A stretch of 64,000 nucleotides of DNA from Squalus acanthias (taxonomy: Eukaryota): the NCBI GenBank assembly GCA_030390025.1, contig CM059432.1, positions 27,468,001 through 27,532,000 on the forward strand. Reading direction: 5' to 3'. Both the position numbers and the translations under genes were made by a program. Under the pieces are notes generated by a model. It was not told where the DNA came from. It worked only from the letters and a program-made list of their open reading frames with translations, and did no database searches. Below are positions 48,047 through 59,701 of the stretch, one piece after another (within the stretch, counting starts at the first letter, position 1; every line of letters starts with the position of its first letter).

Positions 48047-49979
48047 CATGGCAAAAGGGTTCAGGGAGGATGTTTCAGAGAGTGGGATCAATATGGCTAA
48101 AGGATCTGACATCAACTGTCCATCAGTGGGTGATGTGTAGGTTGTGGTTAGGAAATCAGATTTTTAAAATTTTTACCTATTCCCCCCCACCGCCCACCCA
48201 CTGTTGGGGGTTAAAATTCCCCCCCAAAGAATCAAAGGACACAGGCTGGAATGTAGCTACTTTACTTTATATCCTCATGAAGGGGCAGATGGGGCCTCAG
48301 TTTGTTTCCTCTGAAAGACAGCACCTCTTACAGTACTGCACTCCCTCAGCACTGCACTGAAGTGTCAGCCTAGATGATGTGTTCCAGTTTCTGGCGTGGG
48401 GTTTGAACCCACAACATTCTGACTCCGAGGCAGTATTGCTAGCTCTGAGCCAAGGCTGATACTATAGGGATGATATCATGATCCCATGTTTCCAGCTTGA
48501 AGGGAGCATAGGTCAGAGATGGGACTATAACTAGGAGCTTCTGACCCCATATCCTCTCCATCACAAAGACCATTTACTTTTACCTGCAAAACATCGTCCC
48601 TTTCTGCCCGTGCCTCAACCTATCTGCTCCCGAAAATATCTTTGTTACCTCCAGACTCGACTATTTTAATGCTCTCCTGGCTGGCCTCCCATATCCCACC
48701 ATCCCTAAACTTGAACTCATCCAAAACTCTGCTGCCCATATCCTAACTCGCACCAAGTCTCAATCATCCATCACGCTTGATCTCGCTGACCTACATCGAC
48801 TTCCAGCCCCAACACCTCAAATTTAACATTCTCAATCTCATATTTAAATTTCTTCATGCCCTCACTACTCTCTATTTCTGTAAACTTCTCCAGCTCAACT
48901 ACAATTCCAGAACTCCGGCCTCTTGTGCAACCCCCTGACCCATTGCCCCACCATTGGCTTCAGGCATCTAAGGCCTAAGAGCTGGAATTTCCTCCCTAAA
49001 CCTCTCCGCTTCCCACCTCCTTTAAGACCTCCCTTAATACCTACCTCTCTGACCAAGTTTTAGTCAACCCTCCCCTGGCTCAGTGTCCATTTTTGCTTGA
49101 TTACACTTCAGTGAGGCACCTTGATACACTTTTCTACATAAATGCAATTTGGTGTTGTTGTTGAGAGGGGAATTGCACCCAGGGATTCTTTCCCTTATCA
49201 TTTCCCTGAGCCCTGCTGGAAACTGTGTGCACACGGGAGTGCGGACCTCACTGGGGAGGAGGGTTTGGACTGGGCTCAAATGTGATGCCTGCCGGCAATC
49301 AAATAGCTTGCCAACTCTCATTGTCTGGGCTCACACGTATAACATGGGCACTGGGGCTGCTGCTGCTCCCTGACAATGAGCCACACCCGCAGGAGAAAAA
49401 TGTTTTGCTATATTTCTGCTTTTGTTGTAAAATATGATAATAAAACGCTAACCCGGACTTCAGTTGGATTAGATCTTCCCAAATGCCAAAATAGTGGATT
49501 TTGACCGTTCGAATTCTCACTCTGGTGGAAAGATTCTTTATCTATCTAATCCTTCCCCATCCCCCTGTTAAATAAAGCAACTCTTCCTTGCCGTTAAATT
49601 GGAATGGGACTGCTGCTGGGAGGATGGAGTCGGTGACCAAGACTCGATTAACATGTCTGAGTACTGCCCATCCTGTTGAGTGTTTTGTTTTCCTGTGGCT
49701 CTCTGTAAACAATGGGACTAACTTACTGAGTGTAAACACATATCGGGTCAGCTACTGATATTCAAGCATTCTTCCATTGAGGGAATGATGTTGATGCAGA
49801 TCCGTGGGGGGAGGAAATCACCTGTTTGAACTTTGTGTTGCGACATCCTAAATGCCTTTGTGGCACTTTCCTCAGTTTAGTGTTTGCAACATTTTTAAAT
49901 TGACATAAGATGATTATATATCCACTAGAGATACTGAACAGATGAAAATTAATTTGCTACACAGCAGCTAATGTAATCT

Positions 49980-50376
49980 TTCTTCTTCTTCTTAGGCAGT
50001 CCCTCGGAACCGAGGATGACTTGCTTCCACATTAATAATGAGTTCGCAGGTGACTGATGAGTCCAATGCGGGACCTACAGTCTCTGCCACAGGTGGGGCA
50101 GACGGTGGTTGAAGGGGCGGGTGGGTGGGGTGCTTGGATTGACGTGCACTCCTTGCGCTGCCTATGAGTCTCTTCGCCGGGAGCAAGCGGAAGCCAAGCG
50201 CAAGCAGCGCAAGGAGCGCACGTCAACCCAAGCACCCCACCCACCCGTCCCTTCAACCATCGTCTGCCCCACTTGTCACAGAGACTGTAGGTCCCGCATT
50301 GGACTCATCAGTCACCTGAGAACTCATTTTTAATGTGGAAGCAAGTCATCCTCGTGAGGGACTGCCTAAGAAGAAG
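49980..50376. mobile_element. Two RTE-like 3' ends joined head-to-head
   Basis: Minus copy (49980-~50160) and plus copy (~50165-50376) each encode CPTC.RDCRSRIGLISHLRTH and end in GGGACTGCCTAAGAAGAAG. Confidence 0.8.
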
Positions 50377-51590
50377 CTGCAGAAATGTTGTGGTGAATGG
50401 AAGGCCAAAGGATTTCGTAAGTGCAGTTGTAAGAGAATTGGGGGAGAGTTTTTTCCAGGGGCGGACGCAGAAGGAAGTAGGGTTGGGTGGGGAAGGGGGA
50501 TGTGGGTGGAGAGCAATACAAGGAAGGTCAGAGATGGCTTTATCTGCGATTGACACGGTGGGAGTAGCGAGGCCACGAAAGATGGCAAGGTCAAGGGGGT
50601 GGCCGTGACTATGAGTTGGGGAGTTCACATGGAGGGAGAGATTAAGGGAGGATAGGAGGCTAGTGAACTCAGAGGAGAGAGAGCATGATGAATTGAAATG
50701 GAGGTTGAAATCACCGAGGATGAGAAGTCGCTATGCAGAGGCTGAGGGAGGAAAGCAGTGAAGATAACTCGGCGATAAATTTTTTATTGTGGGCGGTAGA
50801 GAACGAGAATTTTAAATGAGGTGAGAGGCGTGGAACAAGGTGAGATGCTCAAAGGAGGAGAAAGTGCCAGGGGTAGGGGAACAGATTTGGTGTTGAGAGC
50901 CACACCGCCACCACGGCGGTCTGAGCGGGGCAAGTGGTGGAAGGCTATAGCCAGGTGGAGAGGCTTCATTTAAGGGTAAGGTGTCATCACCCCTGAACCA
51001 AGTTTCCATCAGGGCCATGATGTCGATGCAATCATTCACGATAAGCTCATGGATGGCAAGGGCCTTGTTCACAATTGATCGGACATTCTGGAGGGAGATG
51101 CGGAGAGGGTCGGTGATGGCTGCCCCACTGCCAGCGTCCACAGGGTCAGCGCTGGGAGGGATGAGTTGGACGGTGCGGGGATTGGCAAGATTAGCCTCCA
51201 GTGGGCGCGCTGGGTGGGAAGGTCGGTGAGAGAGTAGGATGGGACAGTTGGGGTTGCTACTCGCAAGGAGGCAGTCGACGAGTGCCACAATGGGCCCTTG
51301 GGAGGATAAGAGAGACACAGAGGGAAGCTGTAGGCTTATCTAAGAGGGAGTCAAGCCTGGGACGGCGGGTGGAGAGTAGGAAGGTCGAAGAGTAATGAAG
51401 AGTTGGGGTAGGGATTTGGGAGGGCAGAGTGTCCGAGAGAGGAGAGGTAAAAGGCAGCATGGCGACAGGAGAGAACGGTCAGGGAGGAATAGAGAGAAAA
51501 GAAAAAAGGGGAGAAAGAAGTGGAAATAGAAGTCTACGGCTCGGGTCCGGAGCAGCAGCCAAAGTGCGCACACGAATGGACACAGGGAAA
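50377..51590 (-). mobile_element. L2-like LINE 5' part with APE endonuclease
   Basis: LRISLQNVRSIVNKALAIHELIVNDCIDIMALMETWF, RGGGVAL, VLYRP, PTHSHGHPLDLAI, ISD; frameshifted. Confidence 0.8.
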
Positions 51591-52282
51591 AACTCAAGTT
51601 ACATAGGCCTGATTATGTAGCAATTATAGGGATGTATATTTCCTGGTAGTAGCAGAGAATTGGTTGGTGACAATAGGAGGGAGTCCAGAGTTAAAGTCGG
51701 AGTTCCCATGGAGGGAAAAAGTTGACAGAGGTAGGATGGAGTTGGCATGGAGCATCGACGAACTGTTGTCCAAGTTCGGAGACAGGTGAAGCAGGCGAGA
51801 GAAGTCCAGAAGCTATTTGAAGGGTAGAGAATTGAAGGATGGAGGTTATATATTTCCTCAGTTTGATCCCAGCCCTACCAGCCCCAGTGACAGACATGTA
51901 ACCACTAACAGTTCATCTTAGTGTTAAATGGCTTAAAATACTCTACTAAATTTCTTAGGACAAAATCTATAAATGGCACTGCTGGATATTTTTCCATATT
52001 TCAAGTTAACATAGTACAAACATGCCTACTATTGTGCTCACTAAAATCCAAGTAAAGACTGCCCATCCTGAATCATTCATCCTCAGGAACTCGAAACTGT
52101 TGGGACCCCCCCACAATCTATTGATAGTCCAGGAGCAACTCCCTGAAGGCTCAATGAGTATGCTAGGATAACCATATTTTCCAAACCGAATCCGGGGACA
52201 CACAGGGTGAGAGCACAGCAAAGTAGCCAGGATGGAAATTGTAGGTTGCGCAGCGTAGAGAGACAGGTTTTTTTTCAGCAGT

Positions 52283-52343
<61 letters not shown>

Positions 52344-52380
52344 CTGGATGTGACGTCACACTATTGAAGTGCATTCAGAC

Positions 52381-53025
52381 ACCTGAGGTCACACCTGACC
52401 CCTCCCCCAGTGACTGAGGTCACAATTGCCCCTCCCCCCAGTGAATGAGGTCACACCTCTCCTATCACTCCCCTTCCAGTGACTGAGGTCACACCTGACC
52501 CCTCCCCCACCCAGAGACTGAGGTCACACCTGACCCCTCCCCTAGTGACTGAGGTCACAATTGCCCCTCCCCCCAGTGAATGAGGTCACACCTCTCCTAT
52601 CACTCCCCTTCCAGTGACTGAGGTCACACCTGACCCCTCCCCCAGTGACTGAGGTCACAATTGCCCCTCCCCCCAGTGAATGAGGTCACACCTGTCCCAT
52701 CAGTCCCCTTCCAGTGACTGAGGTCCTACCTGACCCATCCCCCCCCCCCAGTGACTGAGGTCACACCTGACCCCTCCCCCACCCAGAGACTGAGGTCACA
52801 CCTGACCCCTCCCCCAGTGACTGAGGTCACACCTGCCCCTCCCCCCAGTGAATGAGGTCACACCTGTCCCATCACTCCCCTTCCAGTGACTGAGGTGCTA
52901 CCTGACCCCTCCCCCCCCAGTTACGAGGTCACACCTGACCCCAACTTCCCACCCCAGTGACTGAGGTTACACCTGACCCCGAACCTCCACCCCATGACTG
53001 AGGTCACACCTGCCCCTCCCCACAG
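52381..53025. repeat. Minisatellite with variable ~29-36-bp units, about 20 copies
   Basis: Recurrent (GAC/GAA)TGAGGTCACAC(C/A)TG(A)CCCCTCCCCCAGT. Confidence 0.92.
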
Positions 53026-56000
53026 TGTCTAGGATTAGCCGTCCGCTGGTGACTGTGACAGAGCCCTCCCTCAGTCGCTCCGGTTGCCCATGCTCCCAAG
53101 CACTTTCGGCGCTGACAATCCAGCAGCACGAGCCCGGCCAGAAACTCAGAAACAAAAACCAGCACAAGGGCAGAGAGACCACCCAGTCGCGCGTGCGCAG
53201 TGAGTCACTCCGGCCATTGTACAAGTTGTTGTTTAATTTAGTCTTAGAGCCGCAAGGTGGTACACTTCAGGATCGTGTTTTGGGAACCGGGAACTCTCCA
53301 GGGACATTGTTTGCCCTGGGACACAATACCTCATCCGCGGACTGTCCCTGGAAAACAGGGATACATGGTCACCCTAGTGTATGCAGTGAATAGCTGAGTC
53401 ATATAGACCAGGATAATCCGAGATTTGATCTCTAGTCCCTGCTGAGTTAGAATCGCCCCTTGGCTGCCTCCGTGTCTGTGTTTGGGAGGTGGGGAAGGAA
53501 AGGGTGCGGAAAGATCAGCTCGGGTTCTTTGTCCATACCGTCAGAGCATCGGATGAGGATAAAATCAAGTTATGTTTCTCGCTACAGTGGAATATCACTT
53601 ACTGTCTCAGTTCACAAAGAGAGAATGGTTACTTCTGCAAACTGCTAGCCGATCACCAGCATCTGTGGAACAAGAGTCAGAATCGGATCGAGTGTAAAAC
53701 AAGTGTAAAACGGACTGCCGATTCGCTATCGCTCGTTTTGCGCTACCGCCCAAGATCATTTCAGCCTCAGGTCCTTCAAGGAAGGATGGCGGGAGGGAAT
53801 AAATCCCAGTATCAGCAGGGAAAGGTCAGAGACATCGATAAAGGAATGATCTGTTCTGCACACAAGACATTCAATAGAATATTCTTGAATTAACATAGAT
53901 GGCACTATCTCCAAACCTATGTCTGTACACATCATCAGTACAGACACAGCAAAGAGGATACATTTTAACATAGCGCTGTATTTATTCAGCCCTAAGTATC
54001 CAAAGGGATTAATTTTAAATGTGAAAGGCTTGTTGGGTGTGGTCAGCAAACCCGCGACAACGGGTATCCCGCAGGCCCTGCTGAATTTAATGGCAGGACC
54101 TGATTTGCATGGGAAAATCTCTGTTTCCCACCCGCAGCCAGCCAGATTGAGAGGCCGCACTAGGCTGCAGAGAGGATGGAGGGGAGGGAGGGATCGGGTG
54201 GGTGCCGGGAGGTGCACGGAGAGGGCTGGAGGAGTGGGGTGGTGGGGGTCGGAGAAGGATTGGAGGCCGGAGAACCAGGTGGGGGGGCGGGGCGAATCAT
54301 AGACCGGGAAGAAATCGGAGGCCTTATGGGTGGGGGTTTGTCTGATCATGGGGGGGTGGGTTAGGTAGGGACACTGGATCCAGGAGGCAAGTGTAAAGTC
54401 ACTTACCTCCCTGATCCAGCAGTCATAGGAATCATAGAATGATTACAGCACAGTAGGAGGCCATTCGGCCCGTCGAGCCCATGCCGGCTCTCTGCAAGAG
54501 CACTTCAGCTAGTCCCACTCCCCCGCCCTTTCCCCGTAGTCCTGCAATTTTTTTTCCCTTCAGGTACTTATCCAATTCCCTTTTGAAGGCCACAATTGAG
54601 TCTGCCTCCACCACCCTTTCAGGCAGCGCATTCCAGATCCTAACCACTCGCTGCGTAAAAAAGTTTTTCCTCATGTCGCCTTTGATCCTTCTGTCAATTA
54701 CCCTCCATTCCGCCTCCGTTGAAACCGGAAGTTGACGGGTTGGAGGCGGTTTCTGGTCGGGATTCAAATTTTTTAACACTTAACTTCCCACATGACCCCA
54801 CCCCACTGTTTTTTTTTGAAAAGGTTAAAATTCCCCCCATACTTTTCCTTTTTTTTAAAAAAAAGAGAGTCTGGATATAACATTGGATAAAAAGTATTTT
54901 TATTTCAAAACAGTAAAAAATATAGACAAGGGCAATAATGATAGGCCTATAATTATTCTTGCCATTAAGCTTCAGTAAAGCATCATATCTAATGCTTACA
55001 CAGTGCCACAACTCCTCATAAAAAGAACTTTTAACCTTTTGGTTTATGGGAGGCTGAAAGCAGTTGGTCAGCAATGGCCCAATCACTGGAAGAGGCTAGA
55101 GGTAACTGTGTCATAGGCAGGAAAGCAGGTGTAGTGAGGTAGTCAATATTCAGCAGCATGCGTGCAATTAGAGATGGACTAGCTTGGATATTAACCTTCA
55201 ACAAGGCATGAGACGCAGAGACAAACAGAAAAGATATTTCAACATTAGGAAATGATTATGTAGCTCGCTCAGCTGCTGCGGGAGTCTCCGGTTCAATCCA
55301 TATTTTTTGCAGATCTCCATAGGTTAGTATTAGGGGGAGGGAAGAGGGAATAGAGAATTTACTTTACTGGGGCTCCCACAACAGAATCCGGAACTGCTCA
55401 GTTACACACCCCACGTCTTGTTATCACAGACATCACAGCACAGGAAGCAACTCATCACACCTCTGCTGCTGCGAGTTCTTCAGCTGAAGCCCATTTTCCT
55501 GCCCTTTCCCCTTTTAATATTCTTCACTGAAGCTCAGGACGGTCACAAGGAACAAAGAGCGGTACCATGGCAAGGGCTGTGGCAACCAATGCTACAGACT
55601 ATTTTTTTCTAAACTGAAAGATATTAGAGACTACCTCTCTCCCCTTCTCCCAAAAGCTGACAAAAAAGAAACTCCAGAGTGAAGTAATAAAATTCAAAAT
55701 GCCAATGACGGATTTACACCCATAATATCGGACAATTCCACTCGGGCTGAATTCACCTCATTTATACTGTAGGACGGATTTAGCGACAACACAGCGGCTG
55801 TGATACACACAGTTAATTCTCCATGAAGTGAGAGGGGAGTTGGGAGGGGCAGGAGGAAGAAGGGATGGTCCGTACAGGTTAGCATTTTGGTTGATCAAAT
55901 TGAAGACTTAATGCAATTTCCAATCGGTTTCAAGCCATTTACCTTTATTGGCAGTGGCACTCAAATTGAAGACATCTAGTAAAAATCAGCAACAATTCAC

Positions 56001-57560
56001 TCAACCAGCATGCACACTTTCCAGTAAAGGTAACAGAATAGCAATCTGAACCAGAACCCTGGGGGATCATTTCTTCCCCCATCCTTAGCCCAGGGCCACC
56101 GAGGCTAATTGTCGTACCCTGTTGCGATTAGTATTATTTTGTCTCAGTTAGTAGCCTTAGGGTCAGAAGGTTGTGGTTTCGATCCCCACACCAGTACTTA
56201 AGCACATCTTGGAGCCAGACGCACTAGTGGAGTACTGAAGAATGCTGCATTTATCTCCAGTCAAGAGGATGTTAAAATATCTTATGCCACTATTTGAAGA
56301 ATTCTCCCCATGTCCTGGACAACACTCCACTACAGATTAACCGGTCATTCATCGGAGTGCTGGTGCAGAATCACTCCTGCATTTGTTGACAGAACAGTCA
56401 TTGCACTTCAGAAATAATTCACTGCGGGAAATACTTCCGAGATGTTTCCAAGTGAAAATGCCTCTCTGATTGTTTTCCTGGGAGTTGCTCGTAGCAGTAG
56501 CCTAAAGTTTAATCTTAATTCCTAGAGACTCCAGGACAGTCCTTGAGGTTTGGCAACCCTAGGAGTACTGCGTTCAGTTCTGGCCACATCATCTCAGGAA
56601 GATATATTGACCGTGGAGTGGATTCACCAGAATGATACCAGGCCTTAAAGGGCTAAATTATGAAGACAGGTTGCAAAACTTAGATTGCATTCCCTTGAGT
56701 TTAGACGGTTATGGGGTGATAGATACAGAGAAATTATTTCCTCTGGTGGCGAATCCAAAACAAGGGGGAACAATCATAAAATTAGAGCTAGGCCATTCAG
56801 GAGTGAGATCAGGAAGCACTTCTACCACTCAAAAGCTAATGGAAGTATTGAACTTCTCCAAAAGGCTATGGGTGCTGGTTCAATTGACATTTTCAACAAC
56901 AAACTACTCACATTTATATAATGCCTTTAACATAGTAAAACATCCCATGGCACATTTCAAGACCTGAGATTGCTAGATTTTTGCATGGGAAAAAGATATG
57001 GATCAAAAGTCAGGCAAATGGAGTTGAAGTGCACATCAGTCATGATCTGCTCGAATGACAGAACGGCCTCCTGTTCCTATTTATTGGGGAAGCCCAAACA
57101 GATAATGCTTCTTTTTTTTTTAAAAAAACACTCAAGATTTATAGCAGTCATGCAGCTCAATTAAGATCCAGACTGTACAAGACATTACTGAGCAGAAACA
57201 CCATCTTAGCAACAGTCAATCTTGCTTAAGTTAGCAGTCTGAGACTAGATAGCAGGTAGGGTCAGAGGCATCGCTATGAGAGATTGTAAAGTCTTTTACT
57301 ACGTTAAAGGAGCTATACAAAATGCAAGTTGTTGTGGTCAGCCTGGTACCACATGACAACACTTACCTCTTAGAAAAGTGGAGGGGTTGTGAGCCCTTCT
57401 CGTCCCGCCCTCCCCTATACAAGCACTGTATTGCAACAAGTGACTGTCCATAAAGTACGTACACTAGTTGCAAAGGGGAGGGAGAGAGAAGAAATGAAGT
57501 TATGTCAAAAAGCAGACTTTTATCAATCTTTCATTTATACAGTTTAGCATGTTACTCTAA

Positions 57561-57566
57561 TTTATT
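57561..57566 (-). terminator. Candidate foxh1 polyadenylation signal
   Basis: TTTATT on + (AATAAA on minus) about 1.07 kb downstream of the stop, in AT-rich unique sequence. Confidence 0.4.
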
Positions 57567-58627
57567 GCATTTTTTAATCTTAATTGAAAGAAAAAAAGTT
57601 GTCTGAGGTCTAAATTATTTTGCAGGGGGTGGGTAGAAGAAAGCATACAAGACAATGGAAGGCTGCATAAACGTGTCCTGGCATTTGGGGTGTCATTTAT
57701 GGATGGCTCCCAAGTGGAAATAATTACATGTCACATCACTGGTGTATAGTCAGCAAACCAGCACACAGATGGCGACCTTTTAAGCTTCCCACAATGAATG
57801 CTTTTATAATCTTGGTCCAGGCTGAAGTTATATTGGAAATTAAAACCTGCAAATAATTTCTGACCATCTCACACATACATTGAGACTGACCACCATTCAT
57901 TTTACTTTGCAAGGCTGACTTCAGTACTGCTTTCGCCCACCCACCCCCAAATCTGATGTATTTTCACCCTTCTGAAGCGCTTGACTCCTTGCTGATCTTT
58001 GGCTGAATGTGTGCCAGTCACCCTCCAGCTCTCCACCAAACAATCGTCACACACATGTGCACACCAACAATGACTGCTGGAAGCTATTCAGCAGCAGAAG
58101 GCATCATAGCCAGGCCCAGTCCCATAGTTGCACTTTGTCCACCCACATGCACTTCCAGCAGTGGTGGTTGAATAGCAGCTGGGAGTGTGGAAATTGGGGC
58201 CAGTTTTCTCCTCCCTAATCCCACACACTGAGCAGAGGTTAATTGTACAATACTGCTATCCCAGTTGACATCATCCACGAGATCTTTCTGATCGATCGTA
58301 TCCCTGAATAAGTTTGCCGATACATGCAAACGTTATTCCCAACACATCCCTGATGTGGAGGGCTTTGCACGCTGGGAAAGGAGAGGGTGAAGTGGAAAAC
58401 ATTCGTTAATTAACATTTGCAGCCTCAAAACAGTGGACAGGGCAAAAGATTTCTTGGAAAATCAATCCCGGGATTTGCATACAATTTAATAAGAAGTTTT
58501 GAACGGTAGAGTCAAGTTGGACACAACGCTCCATGAATGTAAACAATTTCCATAAATCACTTTGAGGTTTGATGTTAAGAATTTAAAATTTTCTACGCAA
58601 CCCATTCTCTTCACGCGGATTGGGCGC

Positions 58628-59701
58628 TCAGTAATCAAATGGCATGTATTGAGCCCTCACCACATTGCTCGCACCAGGTGGCATTCCAGTGCCCATTGCA
58701 CCAACTGGGCAGAACTGGTGCAATATGGTATCAAAGACACTTTTGTTTGGTGGGACAACCTGCAACATTCTGTCCAAATCCAACACAGATGGTGGACGTA
58801 AAGATGGCAGAGGGCATGGGTCAGGTAGAAAGGGCCAGCTGGGTGGGCGCAAGAACTGCGTTGGTCTGTATGGATAGAACAACAAACTTGAGGGGTTGTT
58901 GTACTGGAAGAAAGCAGAATATGGTAGACTCATACTGGAAGGCGCGATTACATTTGGAGGGGGATATTTAGTGTAGGAAGTTGGTAACTCCCAGGACATG
59001 TAGGGCCTTATTGGAAGCTCTGGCTCTGGATAGTTGGTGCAGTGATTGTCCCATATGGAAAAAGGAGTAGACCTGCCATACTCCGCTGATAATCTCAGAC
59101 GTTTTGACTCTTGCTTATGAGGGGATTCTCTTTGGGAAACATTGGTGTCATCTTCAATGGAGGAAGGACTGGAAGTTGAAGTGCTTAGGGGTGAGGTAAA
59201 CTGAATCTTGTGAGGAGCACTCTGTGAGGAAGAGAATGAAGAGGAACACTGTGGGCTCTCGCATGCTACTGGATGAGGATGCCAAGAGTTTAAATCCAAT
59301 CTTCTTTGTTGGGTAGGCTCTTCATTTGATGACTTTCTTTGGAGACAACGTTTAGAGGCCACTGGATAGCTCTTCTCCCTTTCAGATGTAGAAGCTTCCA
59401 GACTATTCCACAATGTGTCAATGGAAAAGGCACCATCCGACCTGCTGCCACCTTGCTGCGGGAGTGCTGTTGCATGCCCAGAAGGGGATTCCGATACCTG
59501 CCGTGCTTTGCTGCTTTCTTCAGAAGCAGAGAGGCCGACAATCCCACCCTGGATATAGGCAGCCGAATTGGCCGCAAACCTTCTCCCATCTTGTCGTGAG
59601 ACAGACGTGTTTTGTCGTTTTAATGCTTCGGGTGGGATACGAGTAACGTCAACCGTCCAGTAGTTCCCCTTCCCTTGTGGCCGTTTTGGGTCATTCAATA
59701 C
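58628..59701 (-). CDS. foxh1: Forkhead box H1 (FAST-1), last coding exon
   Basis: Acceptor TTTGTTTGTTTTTTAG| then [32 protein letters not shown] (end of the FoxH1 forkhead domain), EH1-like FSIDTL, FM motif [16 protein letters not shown], and Smad-interaction motif VPPNKSVFD. Stop at 58628-58630. Upstream exons were not found in the window. Confidence 0.93.
   Translation of the reverse strand, partial: VLNDPKRPQGKGNYWTVDVTRIPPEALKRQNTSVSRQDGRRFAANSAAYIQGGIVGLSASEESSKARQVSESPSGHATALPQQGGSRSDGAFSIDTLWNSLEASTSEREKSYPVASKRCLQRKSSNEEPTQQRRLDLNSWHPHPVACESPQCSSSFSSSQSAPHKIQFTSPLSTSTSSPSSIEDDTNVSQRESPHKQESKRLRLSAEYGRSTPFSIWDNHCTNYPEPELPIRPYMSWELPTSYTKYPPPNVIAPSSMSLPYSAFFQYNNPSSLLFYPYRPTQFLRPPSWPFLPDPCPLPSLRPPSVLDLDRMLQVVPPNKSVFDTILHQFCPVGAMGTGMPPGASNVVRAQYMPFDY

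Noticed and set aside
52381..53025. Estrogen response elements
   Set aside because: The spacer between AGGTCA and TGACCC is 4 bp, not the 3 bp of an ERE.
58639..59646. Plus-strand ORFs overlapping foxh1
   Set aside because: Antisense shadows of the foxh1 exon with no independent support.
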